A DNA stretch of 64,000 nucleotides from Octopus vulgaris (Eukaryota), in the NCBI GenBank assembly GCA_951406725.2, contig OX597814.1, positions 208,506,001 through 208,570,000 of the forward strand. The letters run 5' to 3'. The translations under genes and the position numbers were made by a program. The notes beneath the pieces were generated by a model. It ran no database searches. It was not told the origin of the DNA and saw nothing but the letters and a program-made list of their open reading frames with translations. Every line of letters starts with the position of its first letter. Within the stretch, counting starts at the first letter, position 1. This document shows positions 13,690 through 27,749 of this stretch, one piece after another.

Positions 13690-14340
13690 AAATGTTTAAA
13701 AACTGCCTTAAAATTGCTTTGGTACAAACAGTAATTTCAGAAGTTGATTGAGAAAGAAAAGCTCTGGACCGAAACAGATTTAGGAAAAGACTGCACAGTA
13801 GTTGCTTGAAGTTTGAAAGAGAGAGAATGAAGCTCCAGAAGATCAGGAGAAAGCTTAGAAAGAATGAACCAGTAGAAAATGAAAGAGCATTGATTTTCTC
13901 ATGTATGATTTGTAGAAAGCAATGTTTAAGTTGTGCAGGCCTGGTCAGCCATCAGAGAAGCCACGGGAATTGACACCTTGTAAATTATGACACAGCTCAC
14001 AATACCAGAGGGCGCACACTCTCCTACTCTGATGTAATCTCCAGGGATACAGGCATCCAGCAACAGGACCTCCGTAATGCCATGATGGACCGTGAAGTCT
14101 GGCGTAGCATGGTAAATTCCATTGTCTTGACCACGGTCGAACAATGATGATGATGACACAGCTATTGTTGACAACAGAACATGTGCAACCCGTGAAAAGG
14201 TGTGCCGTTCAATTGGAGGATTAAAGACATGTCAAAAGACTTCATACTGTGGCACTGGTTCCTTTTGCCAGCCAGCACAACTGTGCATTATTCAATAAAA
14301 TGTGCAAATCCTTGGTGAAGCTCAAGAGTCATTCATATAA
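13690..14340 (+). mobile_element. Degraded RTE LINE C-terminus with C2H2 zinc fingers, interrupted by a nested LINE end
   Basis: Peptides KFERERMKLQKIRRKLRK, CMICRKQCLSCAGLVSHQRSHG and a second finger-like TCATREKVCRSIGGLK after the insertion. Confidence 0.7.
13998..14152 (+). mobile_element. Short 3' end of a second RTE-like family (same as 37629-38180)
   Basis: Encodes DVISRDTGIQQQDLRNAMMDREVWRSMVNSIV, followed by (TGA)n. TSD ATGACACAGCT at 13987-13997 and 14153-14163. Confidence 0.9.
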
Positions 14341-15209
14341 GGGCCTCACATTGCATTACTAATGACTCATTTCAAATTTCAATAATTCTTCCTAGCAATG
14401 GCTTTGCTTGTATAAAAGAAAGCGGCCACTATATATATCATCATCATCATCATTTAACGTCCTCCTCCCATGCTGGCATGGGTTGGATGTTTTGACAGGA
14501 GCTTTTTTATAACATTGGACTGGCAAAAGTTTTGTGTAGGAAATAAGGTAAATAAAAACTTGTGGTGACATGTTGGTAGTGCTTAATGCATTAGATACCA
14601 TACAGAGAGTTTAAGAAACTTCATCTTAATAAGGACTTTATCTAGACCACATTCCATAACAAATCCCTATTAAATGTTCTCTCCTTTCATATAGAGTCAC
14701 CTTACTAATTATAGATGATAGGATTTCTCTATCTCAGGGAGTGTGTGTAATACAGATGCAAATATAAAAGTGTGTGTGTGTGTGTGTGTGCATGTCACTA
14801 TTTCTTGCAGAATCCCTAGTAAACTGTCTTGAAATCTCAGGTTTCTTGTGTAATAGACTCAATACATTGGTTTAGCCTCATCTGGTCTGTCGTTTCACAA
14901 TGATTTTATTATGAAGCCCACTAATACAGATATTCAGGTCATGTCTCCATTTTTAAGATAACATCCTCCCTTCCTCTCACAAGACTCTGAAAAGGCCAGC
15001 CTTCCTTTTCTGACCAAACAAGGAAAAAAAATCACTCAATAAGCATGTTTTTTATAACTTTATCAGGAGAAGGGTATATGGTGATGCATTTACTGGTTAT
15101 ATTATTAAACTCTGACTGAATTCATCTCCTGGCAACAGGTTTCTACAATTAGAACAGGTTTTTTTTCCATTTAGAAAATATGTGTTAGATTAAGTTGAGA
15201 ATTAAGTGT

Positions 15210-15258
<49 letters not shown>

Positions 15259-15444
15259 GTATGTATAAGTGCTATATATTGTGTGTATAAGTGCTATATA
15301 TGTGTACTCTTGCATTCAATAATAATTTGTATGGCTAGTTATATCCGACAAAGATTGTTTTGTCAAAAATAATTGGTTGAGGTTTGCAACTGATTTAAAG
15401 TAAATACATTACATAAAACTGATGAATTTCAAATAGGGAAGCTT

Positions 15445-15490
<46 letters not shown>

Positions 15491-15616
15491 TGAGAAACAC
15501 TGCCAGATCAGACTGGGCCTGATGCAGCCTTCTGGCTTCACAGACCCCAGTTGAACCGTCCAACCCATGCTAGCATGGAAAGCGGATGCTAAATAATGAT
15601 GATGATAGACAGATAG

Positions 15617-15649
<33 letters not shown>

Positions 15650-15768
15650 AAGAGAACTGATGGAGACTGAAAGGCACGCATAAAAAGCCTAACAGAAAGT
15701 ATTATATAAAATGGCAAGAGTAAAGAATGTGTGTGTGTATGTGTGTGTGTGTATAGCAAGGGAGAGAA

Positions 15769-16095
15769 AGGCGGCGAGCTGGCAGAAATGTTAGCATGCC
15801 AGGTGAAATGCTTAGCGGTATTTCATCTGCCATTACGTTCTGAGTTCAAATTCCGCCGAGGTTGACTTTGCCTTTCATCCTTTCGGGGTCGATAAATTAA
15901 GTACCAGTTACGCACTGGGGTCGATGTAATCGACTTAATACCTATGTCTGTCCTTGTTTGTCTCCTCTGTGTTTAGCCCCTTGTGGGTAATAAAGAAATA
16001 GGTATTTTATCTGCTGTTATGTTCTGAGTTCAAATTCCGTCAAGGTTGACTTCGCCTTTTATCCTTTCGGGGTCGATAAATTAAGTACCTGTTAT
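15769..16095 (+). mobile_element. SINE family B plus partial tandem second unit
   Basis: Full copy to ~16002, then the body restarts at GGTATTTTATCTGCTGTTATGTTCTGAG. Confidence 0.88.
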
Positions 16096-17093
16096 TTGGG
16101 CCAGATATGGCCGATTTAAATACTAAAGGGTTAAATGATAACCAGGATGAGCAGGAGCTGTTAGAATAGAAATGCTATGGTTCATTGACTTGTAGAAGTG
16201 ATGTCTACGGAATATCATTTTATCAAGCCCAAAAGGATGAAAGGCAAAGTGGACCCTCAGCAGCATTTGAACTCAGAATGTAAAGTCAGAAGAAATGCTA
16301 CTAAGTATTTTTCCAGGTATTGCAACAATTCTGTTAGCTCGCCTCTTTTTTAGAAATTAACTGTTGATGCCAATTATAATACTTATATTTGAAACACTTT
16401 TGTTAAAAAGAAGTCTTTGTTGGAATTAGAATATGAATAAAACATTGTCTTATCAGTGACTAAAAACTGATGATGTACCAAGATCTAGTATAATTTTGTT
16501 ATGTAAGTCCTTGGTTTCTTTAGTAATTTCCATAAAAGAATTAACAAAGAGGCACTAGTTCACAGAAATATCTAACAAGATACAAATCTGTTGTGTTGCT
16601 TCCCTTAAAAAAAATTTTTTTTTAATAGTATGGTAGGTGGTGGCATTGGTAAAAGGCCATTCTATGAAAGGTGGGTGCTGAACTATGGATTGTTAAGAAC
16701 TACTGACCTTATAAGTCCTTTTTATTTCAAAACAGCAGGGTCTGAGTTAAGGAAGATTTAGCTCTTATTTCTAGTGAGTGAGTGTCCACATAGAGAATTG
16801 CTCATTGACTTGTATGTATATGCTATGTTATTCTATGTCTTTCTGCAATGCATACAACAAAAGCTGTTAGCTTTGCTCCACTGATTCTTTTCTTATTCTA
16901 ATCTCTAGAAATACCTAGCTCTCTCATTCCTTAGCAGTCTAAATTTATCTGCTATTATCAACACTTATTCTTCAGATAGTGCCCAAGTGGTTCAAAAATT
17001 CATCCCAGGTATTCTCACTTGTATCAAGTTTCTTGGTGTAATTTGTTTTATACATGTTTCAATCTACAAGTTCAAATTACCATGACACACACT

Positions 17094-17179
<86 letters not shown>

Positions 17180-17691
17180 GTTACTCCTAGAAATATAAGC
17201 CAGGTAGATAATTTTACATCTCTATATAACAATATCTAATATAGCCTAATCATAAAAGCTGCCCCCTCCAGCTTCATGAAAAGTATGAAACCTAATCGCA
17301 GCTAAAGTTATATAACAATAGCACAACCCCCACCAAAAAAAAAAATAGAAATAAATAAAGAAGAGACCGAAATGACAATGTGGGATCAAATATCATCCAT
17401 TCCTCTTCATACAACAATTGTTTGGTTATCTCTCACACCATATTTGACAGTAAAGCTATGGCAGCTAATTTGAAGCAACAGTTCACCTTTGAACTTTTAC
17501 ATTAAAGTATTATTGTTTTTTTTTGTGTTTTTTTTTTGTTGGTTCCATTATTGTTATCATCATATCACATAAAGTTGCTATGTAACCTTTCCCATCTCAT
17601 CATTTTATAATTTGCCTTTGTAATATCCCTCATCTGTTTTTTGTTTTTTTTGTGGCAACATTATTACTGTTACCATTATTATTCCATATAT

Positions 17692-17863
17692 GGCGCAGGA
17701 GTCGCTGTGTGGTAAGTAGCTTGTTTACCAACCACATGGTTCCGGGTTCAGTCCCACTGCGTGGCACCTTGGGCAAGTGTCTTCTACTATAGCCTCAGGC
17801 CGACCAAAGCCTTGTGAGAGTGGATTTGGTAGACGGAAACTGAAAGAAGCCCGACGTATATAT

Positions 17864-17896
<33 letters not shown>

Positions 17897-18115
17897 CGTG
17901 TATGTTTGTGTGTCTGTGTTTGTCCCATCCAACATCGCTTGACAACCGATGCTGGTGTGTTTATGTCCCCGTCACTTAGCGGTTTGGCAAAAGAGACCGA
18001 TAGAATAAGTACTGGGCTTACAAAGAATAAGTCCCGGGGTCGAGTTGCTCGATTAAAGGCGGTGCTCCAGCATGGCCACAGTCAAATGACTGAAACAAGT
18101 AAAAGAGTTAAAGTG
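17692..18115 (+). mobile_element. SINE family A
   Basis: Full-length sense copy with CpGs largely intact. Confidence 0.92.
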
Positions 18116-18189
18116 TATATGCACACAATAGAGTAAACTGTTGGAAAAGAAAAATTCCTAACATTGGGCAACAACAAGTAACATTAGAT

Positions 18190-18445
18190 GCCAATAACAC
18201 TGTTTTCTTGAGCTACACTAAACTAAGTTTTATGCCTGTTTCCTCTATCCATCTATACTAATTAGTCCTCTGCCACCATTCTTTGTTTTCATATACAGTC
18301 TGTTTACATTTGCTTTAAGGTGTAATGCCCCATGCAGAGTCAACTTTCTCCTCCTTCTACCCAGTGTTGATATTTCCTCTTTAATCCATTTGAGGATGGA
18401 CGCACTATATCTGACCACTGCAACTGCCCAGATATTCATTGCTGT
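18190..18445 (-). mobile_element. R4/Dong-like non-LTR retrotransposon fragment
   Basis: AMNIWAVAVVRYSASILKWIKEEI...LTLHGALHLKANVNRLYMKTKNGGRGLISI matches the post-RT region of R4-clade elements; abuts (TTA)n. Confidence 0.8.
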
Positions 18446-18467
18446 TGTTATTATTATTATTATTATT

Positions 18468-18907
18468 GAGTGAGAGAGCAGTGCATGCAATCAAAGTGAC
18501 ACTGGGGTAAAATATACAAAGACCAGTATACCAGTCATGACTACCCGTCTGAATAGGGTACACCAGGCACATGCATCACAACCATATCTGCATGACATAG
18601 TGATCTTATATCAAGTTAAACAGCGCATGACCTTGCAGATTGGGCCCAGTTAGAATTTTCTTCAGGTCAAGTAGCCCATCCCGCTCAAAAGGTCCCTGAA
18701 TAAGAGTTGTTTAGGGATGATGAACAAAACGCCCATGTTTCCAAAGGTGAATTATCCAAACCTCAAAAAAATTCCTCTCAACACATGGCTATGATGTTCC
18801 CCAACTACTTCTGCTTTTGAGCAGAATATTTACTGTAAGCCCATCTTTTATTCTAAGACAAAACAATGTACATAATAACAATTCCAATCAGTTAAGATCA
18901 GAAGCCA
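18468..18907. mobile_element. Second copy of the (TTA)n-embedded element, internally deleted
   Basis: Colinear with 9189-9735 but lacks the segment between CTTCTGCT and TTGAGCAGAATATTT. Confidence 0.8.
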
Positions 18908-18962
<55 letters not shown>

Positions 18963-18994
18963 TGTCTCCCGAGACAAAAAGGATGCCAACAACA

Positions 18995-19057
<63 letters not shown>

Positions 19058-19089
19058 TGTCTCCCGAGACAAAAAGGATGCCAACAACA

Positions 19090-19157
<68 letters not shown>

Positions 19158-19636
19158 TATTATTATTATCATTAAAGGAGATGGATTAGTAAAATCACTT
19201 GAGCTTTGAACAAAATGCAAAGGTTAAATTTGCTTTTCATTTTTCCAGAGTTGATTAAGTAACAGTCAAGTATTAGGGATAATATTATCAACTAATCCAT
19301 CCCCTAAATCTAGGCCTTGTCCTTATGTTAGAATCAGTTGTTGGGTTGGTGGATTGGCAAAATTGACGAAGTGCTGGACAGAATGCCTTGCAGTATTTGG
19401 TTGTAGATCTTTACAATCTGAGTTCAAATCCTACTTAAGTCAAATTTTCTTTTTCTTTTTTATCCTTTTGTGGTTGATAAAATAAAATATCAGTCATGTA
19501 CTAGGGTCAGTTTAATTGACTAAACATCTTTCCTGCCCGATTTCAGGCTTTGTGTTTACATTACAAACAACAACAACTACTACTACTACCACCACCACCA
19601 CCACCACCACCACCACCACCACCACCACCACCACCG

Positions 19637-19688
<52 letters not shown>

Positions 19689-19949
19689 AACCATTATTAT
19701 TATTACTATTAAGGTGGTAAGCTGGTAGAATTGTTAGCACGCTGGGCAAAATGCTTAGCAGTATTTGATCTGCCCCTACGTTCCAAGTTCAAATTCTGCT
19801 GAGGTTCAACTTGCCTTTCATCCTTTCAGGGTTGATAAATTAAGTACCAGCTAAACAATGGGGCCAATATAATCAACTAGACCCCTCTCGCTAAATTTCA
19901 GGCCTTGTGCATTTAGAAGAAAGGATTATTATTATTATTATTATTGTTG

Positions 19950-20184
19950 TTGTTATCTTTTTTTCTTCTTCTTTCAAATTTGCTTCCAGTTCTTGCCGAG
20001 TGTCTTCCCGACTCCTAGGGCAAAGAAACTCATAGTATACATTGGTAGGCCATTAAACTAAACTCACTAGTTTGTTCATTTTTTTTTTTAAAGTTCAATT
20101 AGAATACATGGATAGTAATAGTTCTCACATCGACAATGCTCTTCTCAATACGTGTGATGTATCAGTTAAGACAATCTTTTGCAC

Positions 20185-20186
<2 letters not shown>
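19950..20186 (-). mobile_element. R4/Dong-like extreme 3' end plus 3'UTR
   Basis: Minus strand encodes VQKIVLTDTSHVLRRALSM* (R4-type C-terminus), then a UTR; (TAA)n on both sides. Confidence 0.75.
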
Positions 20187-20239
<53 letters not shown>

Positions 20240-20393
20240 CATTATTATTATTATTATTATTTATGATTTTCCTTCCATTATAACTTTATTCCAGCTGCCT
20301 TAGTACTGGGCATTCTCCAGAAGGCCAAGAGTAGCAAGGACACTTTTGTTTTGCTATGCATGTTAACATTTATCCTCATCATCATCATCATCA

Positions 20394-20434
<41 letters not shown>

Positions 20435-20715
20435 GAAGGCAGTGGAAGGTAGAATTGGTCAAGGGATAAACAAAATGCTTTTGCAGTGTTTAATTATGTC
20501 ATTTTGCAATGTGAGTTCAAATCCTGTCAAGGCTGATTTTATCATTCACCCTTCCAGGGTTAATAAACTGGAATAACACCCCTATATTATTTTCAGCATT
20601 AGTGAGTATGTTCTTTCCCCGCCTCCAAAAGTGTGATCTTGTTACAGTGTTAGAAAGCATGATAATTTTTATTATCAAACTTTTTGGGCTTGTGCCAAAA
20701 TTTGAAACTATTATA

Positions 20716-20777
<62 letters not shown>

Positions 20778-21138
20778 CAGTATCCTATAGATAATAATAA
20801 AAATTCATTGTTTGTACATATGCTGTGACATTTTCAATTGTTAAGCCATAACTTTTCTTTAATAGTATGTGCCCCCCTTTAACAGTTAACCATTCAAGCC
20901 TATCTTTTTATTTTGGCAAGCAGGTAAGGTTGCTAAAAGTATAGGTATGTAGGTAAGTAGATAGGTAGGTTGGTCGGTAGATTGGGAGATTGACAAGGAT
21001 TATATGCATATATTATGACTATATATATATCAACACCATCATCTTTTAACATCTGTTTTCCCTGCTGGCTGTCCAGCCCATGCCAGCATGGAAAATAGAC
21101 CTTAAATGATGATGATCACACACACACAGAATTTAAAT

Positions 21139-21187
<49 letters not shown>

Positions 21188-21218
21188 TTTAGATACATTT
21201 TGTAGCCTTCAGGAAATA

Positions 21219-21628
21219 TACTCTTTACTCTTTTACTTGTTTCAGTCATTTGACTGCGACCATGCTGGAGCACCATCTTTAATCGAGCAACTCGACCCCG
21301 GGACTTATTCTTTTTGTAAGCCCAGTACTTATTCTATCGGTCTCTTTTGCTGAACCGTTAAGTGACGGGGACATAAACACACCAGCATCGGTTGTCAAGC
21401 AATGTTAGGGGAACAGACTCACAAAAACACAAACACACACGCACATACATATATATACATATATACGACGGGCTTCTTTCAGTTTCCGTCTACCAAATCC
21501 ACTCACAAGGCTTTGGTCGGCCCGAGGCTATAGCAGAAGACACTTGCCCAAGGTGCTACACAGTGGGACTGAACCCGGAACCATGTGGTTGGTAAGCAAG
21601 CTACTTACCACACAGCCACTCCTGCGCC
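21219..21628 (-). mobile_element. SINE family A
   Basis: Full-length match to the other copies. Confidence 0.9.
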
Positions 21629-22140
21629 TAATATGGGGAGAAATTCTCTCAATTGAAAAAGGAAAATGTTATGGCACTAATTGTTGACCTTCGAAACTGA
21701 AGACTCAACCAAAACATTGGCTGATATTGTCTGACAATTCTTTGACTTTACATTTGTGCCCCAGTACATGGTTCAAAGTAAAAAAGAAGTGACAATAAGA
21801 GATATCATAAAAAATTATGAGGATCTGTAGCTAGTTGCTATTTCCATATTGTAGAATAGATGAGTGGTTAAAGGGCAGTAAATAAAAGGTAACATGTAAT
21901 CAGTGGGTACCAAAATGGATTTGCAAAATCTAATGACCTCCTCTCCCACAGGCCACATAACCATGCTGGGATTGTGCCCTGTAGAAAATACCAAAATAAA
22001 GTATTTGAGATTAATGAATCAGAGTAGAAAACCCCTTTGTTACACTTGTCTTAGTGAAACTCATCTCAGAGTCTGAATGCTAAGAAAAATTGGAAAGACT
22101 AAGCAAAGAAAACATAAAGAAAGAAAAGAAATTGAAAATA

Positions 22141-22357
22141 AGAGGGTATGCTGAAAAGTCCCTGGCTCTGGGTAAAAGAAAATACAGGAGGATCAGTTAA
22201 TTATGATTTTATGCAACATATTCCCCTCTCAGATTCACACTCTTATTGCCGCAGATCTTCAATTTTCCTAAGCCCTGTAAAAGAACTCAGAAGGTTGGAC
22301 CTCCAGCCAGACCTTTCAAAATACCTTTAAAACCAGGAACTTTTCAGTACCTCCTTG
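22141..22357. mobile_element. Mariner/Tc1-type MITE
   Basis: ~27-bp TIRs AGAGGGTATGCTGAAAAGTCCCTGGCT and AACCAGGAACTTTTCAGTACCTCCTTG; TA at the left flank. Confidence 0.8.
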
Positions 22358-22416
22358 AAATGTAGGTCAATGGCTGTAGCAAAAAAAAAAAGAAAGAAAA
22401 TTCCAGTTTTCAGAGA

Positions 22417-22647
22417 ACCTATTTCTTTACTACCCACAAGGGGCTAAACACAGAGGAGACAAATAAGGACTGACAAACCGATTAAGTCGATTACATCACC
22501 CTCAGTGCGTAACTGGTACTTAATTTATCGACCCCGAAAGGATGAAAGGCAAAGTCGACCTCGGCGGAATTTGAACTCAGAACGTAACGGCAGACGAAAT
22601 ACGGCTACGCATTTCGCCCGGCGTGCTAACGCTTCTGCCAGCTCGCA
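22417..22647 (-). mobile_element. SINE family B
   Basis: Full young copy, CpG-rich. Confidence 0.9.
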
Positions 22648-23989
22648 ACCACCAGACAAAACTCTGAGGATGGGCAGTGAAATGTCTTTGTGCCAAGTAT
22701 TAGAAACAGATGCTCAAACATGTTGTCCCCTATCAATCTGTCATACAACACCTGCAGTGGTGACAACTTATAGAACCACACCATCATTGTGCAATGAGGA
22801 AGAAATAACAGTTGTAGATGACAACTTACAAACAGAAAAAAGCATGAAAAGGTAAAAAGAAAAAAAATCACTAAAAAGAAAGATTTAATCTAAAACTGCA
22901 AATATCAGTGAGGAAGAACAATTTCTTTGAAACAACTCTGATACTTCTTAGGAAGAAAAAATGAAGAGGATGAAGAAAAACTAACGTTCACCATACTTTG
23001 AAAATAACACAAACAATTAATAGACAAAATTATACATTTGTGGTTCCACATACACTTCAAAGAAGTTATGAGAGAAAAACAGATCAGAATATAAACAATA
23101 TGCAAAAGATAAATTATTGATAAAATTAAAACTAAGATACTAAATAAGAACTTAAATAAGAACAGCCTGAAGGGCTTGGAGTTTTTCAATGTTTAAAAAA
23201 TGCTTACTGATGTACTTGATTGCACTTGTACACAGTTTGAGAAATGATAAGAACAGGGCTGTGGACTGCCCTGTGTTTCTTTTTACTTATATCTTGTTTT
23301 AATTATTGAGTGTTTTAACATACTTTTTCCATTCAATATATGTATGTATTTGTATGTATCTATGTGTGTGTGTGTGTGCAGTTGCGTGTGTGTATATGCG
23401 TGTGTGTGTGTGTATTTGAGGGAAAGAGAGAGTGTGTGTGTATATGTATGTATATATATATATATTTGTACATTTTAAAATCTTAATACAATCTTCCGTA
23501 TATTATATTACAACTCACCCTCTCTCTTTTGTAGTTGTATATATATATATACATATATATATATATCTTTCAAACACTGTTTTCTCTTTTTTCCTTTATA
23601 ACACCTAATGATGAACGTTTTGTATGTTTTCTACTTCTTCAAACCCTTGTGGTTAATAATAGTTGAATATAAAATGGGTAGTCATCACTGGAATATCGTA
23701 GTTTTTCTATAAGTCTTCTTCTAAGTTAAGACTTAATCTAGGAATAAACAGCAACAACACATAAAAAAGTGGATCAAATAATTTTGTTTAGTTTAGTTTT
23801 TTTCTTAGAGTTTCTTATAGTAAATTATAAAGCTAATATTACATGCAGAATAAGTGGCAACCTGGCAGAATAGTAAACATTCCAGGCAAAATGCTGAGTG
23901 GTGTTTTGTCCTTTCAGGGTTGATAAAATAAATACCAGTTGAGCATTGGAGTTGATGTCATAAACTTACTTTCCCACACTCTACTACAT

Positions 23990-24390
23990 TATCATCATCA
24001 TCGTTTAACGTCCATTTTCCGTGCTAGCATGGGTTGGACGGTTCGACCGGGGTCTGGGAAGCCAGGAGGCTGCACCAGGTTCCAGTCTGATCTGGCAGTG
24101 TTTCTACAGCTGGATGCCCTTCCTAACGCCAACCACTCCGTGAGTGTTGTGGGTGCTTTTTACGTGCCACCAGCATAGGTGCCAGGGGAGGCTGGCAGCG
24201 GCCACGATTGGTTGGTGCTTTTAACATGCTACCGGCACAGAAGCTAGTCAAGGCGGCGCTGGCATCGGCCACGTTCGGATGGTGCTTTTTACATGCCACC
24301 GGCACAAGTATCACAACTACAATTTCCATTTGATATTTATTTTGATGTTGATGTACTTGACTCAATAGGTCTCCTCAAGCACAGCAGGGG
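23990..24390 (-). mobile_element. RTE LINE 3'UTR fragment
   Basis: Reverse complement of ~4085-4546, with a (CAT)n tail. Confidence 0.88.
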
Positions 24391-25059
24391 TCTCCAAAAA
24401 AAAACAAAAACTACTGGCCTTGTGTCAAAAATTTGAAATCAGCATTACATGTGGGATGAAGCATGGTTGATTCATTGAATGCAGTACATTGATGATGCTG
24501 ATTTTATCTACTAATTCTGTCAAGCTAGAAAGATTTGATTTACTGAGGGAATCACTACATGATAGCTTCATCTGCTAAAAAAAAAAAAATTAAAAAAGAA
24601 AAAAAAAGGCAGCCAAATGTTTCTTAGATTGCATCTAACATCTTAACAAAGAAGGGAAACCACATTTGATAATGTAGTCCTAGATACATTATGCATTAAA
24701 GAAGATGAATTGTATACAGCTGGAACACCTTCCGTCATATTTCTTTGAACAGATCTGACATGGAGCTAAACAACAGCTATGCAGCGGGGTTAATGACAAA
24801 ATGAACCTTAGTTGTAATTTGAACGCAGGAAATAAAAAGATGAAGATAAATATTGACAATGTAATTATTCTGCTACTTAACCAGTTGCATCAAATTCAAA
24901 TTACAGCTGTCATTTCCCTTCAGCCTGTTTGTTGATATTCGTATTCAACATCACCACATTCCCTATAGTTCTCTCTCTCTCTCTCTCTCTCCCAATGCAC
25001 ATACATGTATATATATATATGTATGTTTATATAGGGTCACCTGTGTATTACACTAAATG

Positions 25060-25657
25060 TATATACATCGTTGAATGTCATAATACTGTGGTTTTATTTG
25101 AGAGAAAATCTCTTTATAAACCGAGGCAAAGATAGTTGTCGTAATGACTCATGTGAATGACAGATACATTTCACTCCACTTAGGGCTTGTCAATATAATG
25201 CACCCATTTGTTACTTGCTAAGATAAAATTTATGTTTTGATAAATATATATATAATAAACAGTGAATAATACATTGACTGGTATTGCAGAAAACTTGCTG
25301 AGCTGAAAAAAAAACCTCTTAGTGAAAGCAATTGAAACAGTGTTTAAATGAAAATCATCATTTGTGTATCATACAAAATGAATATACACCATTGAAAGGT
25401 ATGATGCTGTGGTTTTTGTCTTAGAGAAAAATCTCTACATAGTTATGTTGTGTTAAAACATAATATATACTAGAGTGAAATGAACACTGTCACAGCAGTG
25501 ATTCATGAAAACAACACATGCATTTCACCCTCCTTGCAGCTTGTCAATGTCATATACCCATTTGCCCCCTGCTAAGATGAAATGTGTGTTTTGATATATA
25601 GGAAACAGTGAAAAGTACATTCACTGAACTCCAGAAAGCTTGCTGGGCTGTAAAAAA
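25060..25657. repeat. Old diverged tandem duplication (~250-280-bp units)
   Basis: 25060-25310 and 25381-25657 share colinear blocks CTGTGGTTTT..AGAGAAAA, GCTTGTCAAT..CCCATTTG..TGCTAAGAT and AAACAGTGAA..CTTGCTG.GCTG. Confidence 0.75.
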
Positions 25658-25863
25658 TTCATTGAGTGTAATTGAAATAACATTATACTCCACAAAGTGG
25701 TTGGCATTAGGAAGGGCATGCAGCCACAGAAACCATACCAAAACAAATACTGGTGTTTGGTGTAGTTCTCTGGCTTGCTAGTTTCTGTCAAACAACCCAA
25801 CCTATACTAGCATGGAAAATGGATGTTAAAGGATGATGATGATGATGATGATGATATTACATA

Positions 25864-26412
25864 TACTCTTTACTCTCTTTTACTCTTTTACTTGTTTCAG
25901 TCATTTGACTGCGGCCATGCTGGAGCACCGCCTTTAATTGAGCAACTCGACCCCCGGGACTTATTCTTTTGTAAGCCCAGTACTTATTCTATCGGTCTCT
26001 TTTGCCGAACCGCTAAGTAACGGAGACATAAACACACCAGAATCGGTTGTCAAGCAATGCTAGAGGGACAAACACAGACACACAAACACACACATGCATA
26101 TATATATATATATATACATATATATATTCTATCGGTCTCTTTTGCCGAACCGCTAAGTAACGGAGACATAAACACACCAGCATCGGTTGTCAGACAATGC
26201 TAGGGGGACAAACACAGACACACAAACACACACACATACATATATATATATACATATATACGACGGGCTTCTTTCAGTTTCCATCTACCAAATCCACTCA
26301 CAAGGCTTTGGTCGGCCCAAGGCTATAGCAGAAGACACTTGCCCAAGGTGCCACGCAGTGGAACTGAACACAGAACCGTGTGGTTGGTAAACAAGCTACT
26401 TACCACACAGCC
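25864..26412 (-). mobile_element. SINE family A with internal ~140-bp duplication
   Basis: The block TATTCTATCGGTCTC...ACACAAACAC occurs twice (~25985 and ~26124), joined at the internal (TA)n. Confidence 0.88.
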
Positions 26413-26867
26413 ATAATTTTCTCTATCTGGCTGTCTTGCCTATCTTTCTAATTTTCTATGTCTTGCTGAGTAGAATATGGTTTGCTGAGGTCTCCTTAAT
26501 GAATTGTTATTCTACTGCATATATTTTCAGCAGGTGTATTTAGAAACCAAATGCACTCCATTCTAAAGTGTTTATCGTCTTGAAAATTTGATCAGCTGAT
26601 TTTGTGGGAATTTTTTAAATTGCTTGTTGCCTTTACATCAAACACTCCTAGAGGGAAATTTTTATCTACTAATCACTTGGGGGATCCCAGCTAATTGAAG
26701 TTATACCACTATATTATACATGTGAGACACTATCACATTAAATTGTGCATTTGCTTGTTAATTAAATCATAACACACACACACACATACATACATACACA
26801 TGCCTGTGCACATGTACTCACATATAGATATATATGACGTTAAACGATGATGATGATGATGATGATG

Positions 26868-26905
<38 letters not shown>

Positions 26906-27718
26906 TGTATATATGTATGTATATACATGTATGTGTACATATATATGTATATATACTGGAACACACACAAACACAACAGATGAATTGCAAAATCCATGGA
27001 TCCCCTAGATTTCAGTTTCTTTCTTTCTTTCTTTCCTCCCTTCCTTCCTTCCTTCATTCTTTCCTTCCTTCCTTCCTTCCTTTATCCATTCATTCCTTCA
27101 TTCTTTCCTTCCTTCATTTGCTCGTTCTTTCATTTCTTTTCTTATCTATTTATTTGCTGCCATTCAAGCGTGTTTGAAATTTAATTGCAAAACCGTTTTG
27201 CATAAAAAAAAAAAAGTAGTTTATAACGATTATTGGGGTGATGATGATGATGATGATGATGATTGCTATAGTTGTGATCGTTGTATGGGAGGTGATAAAG
27301 GGATGGTGATGATGACTGTGGTGATAGCAAAAAAGAGAAACGAGTAGGAGTAGTAGTATGATGATGCAGTTTGGTGGTGGTGGTGGTGGTGGTGGGAGGC
27401 GGATGATGATGATGAGGAGGAGGAGGAGGAGGGGATGATGATGAGGAGGAGGAGGAGGGGATGATGATGATGAGGAGGATGAGGGGATGATGATGATGAT
27501 GAGGAGGAGGAGGAGGGGATGATGATGATGAGGAGGAAGAAGAGGATGATGATGATGATGAGGAGGAGGAGGAGGAGGAGGAGGGGGAGGAGGAGTGAAA
27601 GCTGGTGTGTAAGGATGGAATGGAGTGATTTAAGAGCTGAAAAAAAACCCCACCCACATACGAACAGATACAAGTATAAAACCAGAAGTTCATGTACATA
27701 CATACATACATACATACA

Positions 27719-27749
<31 letters not shown>

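Larger units (their letters stand above)
21640..23270 (+). mobile_element. Degraded LINE ORF1 (gag-like CCHC zinc knuckle) remnant with nested MITE and SINE
   Basis: SRKPLCYTCLSETHL..SEC at 22023-22080 gives Cx2Cx4Hx4C after one frameshift. It is followed by an A-rich, K/E-rich broken reading frame. Boundaries uncertain. Confidence 0.55.

Noticed and set aside
20886-20923. 38-nt candidate exon phase-compatible with 29862
   Set aside because: The donor lies at the edge of low-complexity TAGG-like sequence and the peptide is uninformative; unsupported without RNA data.
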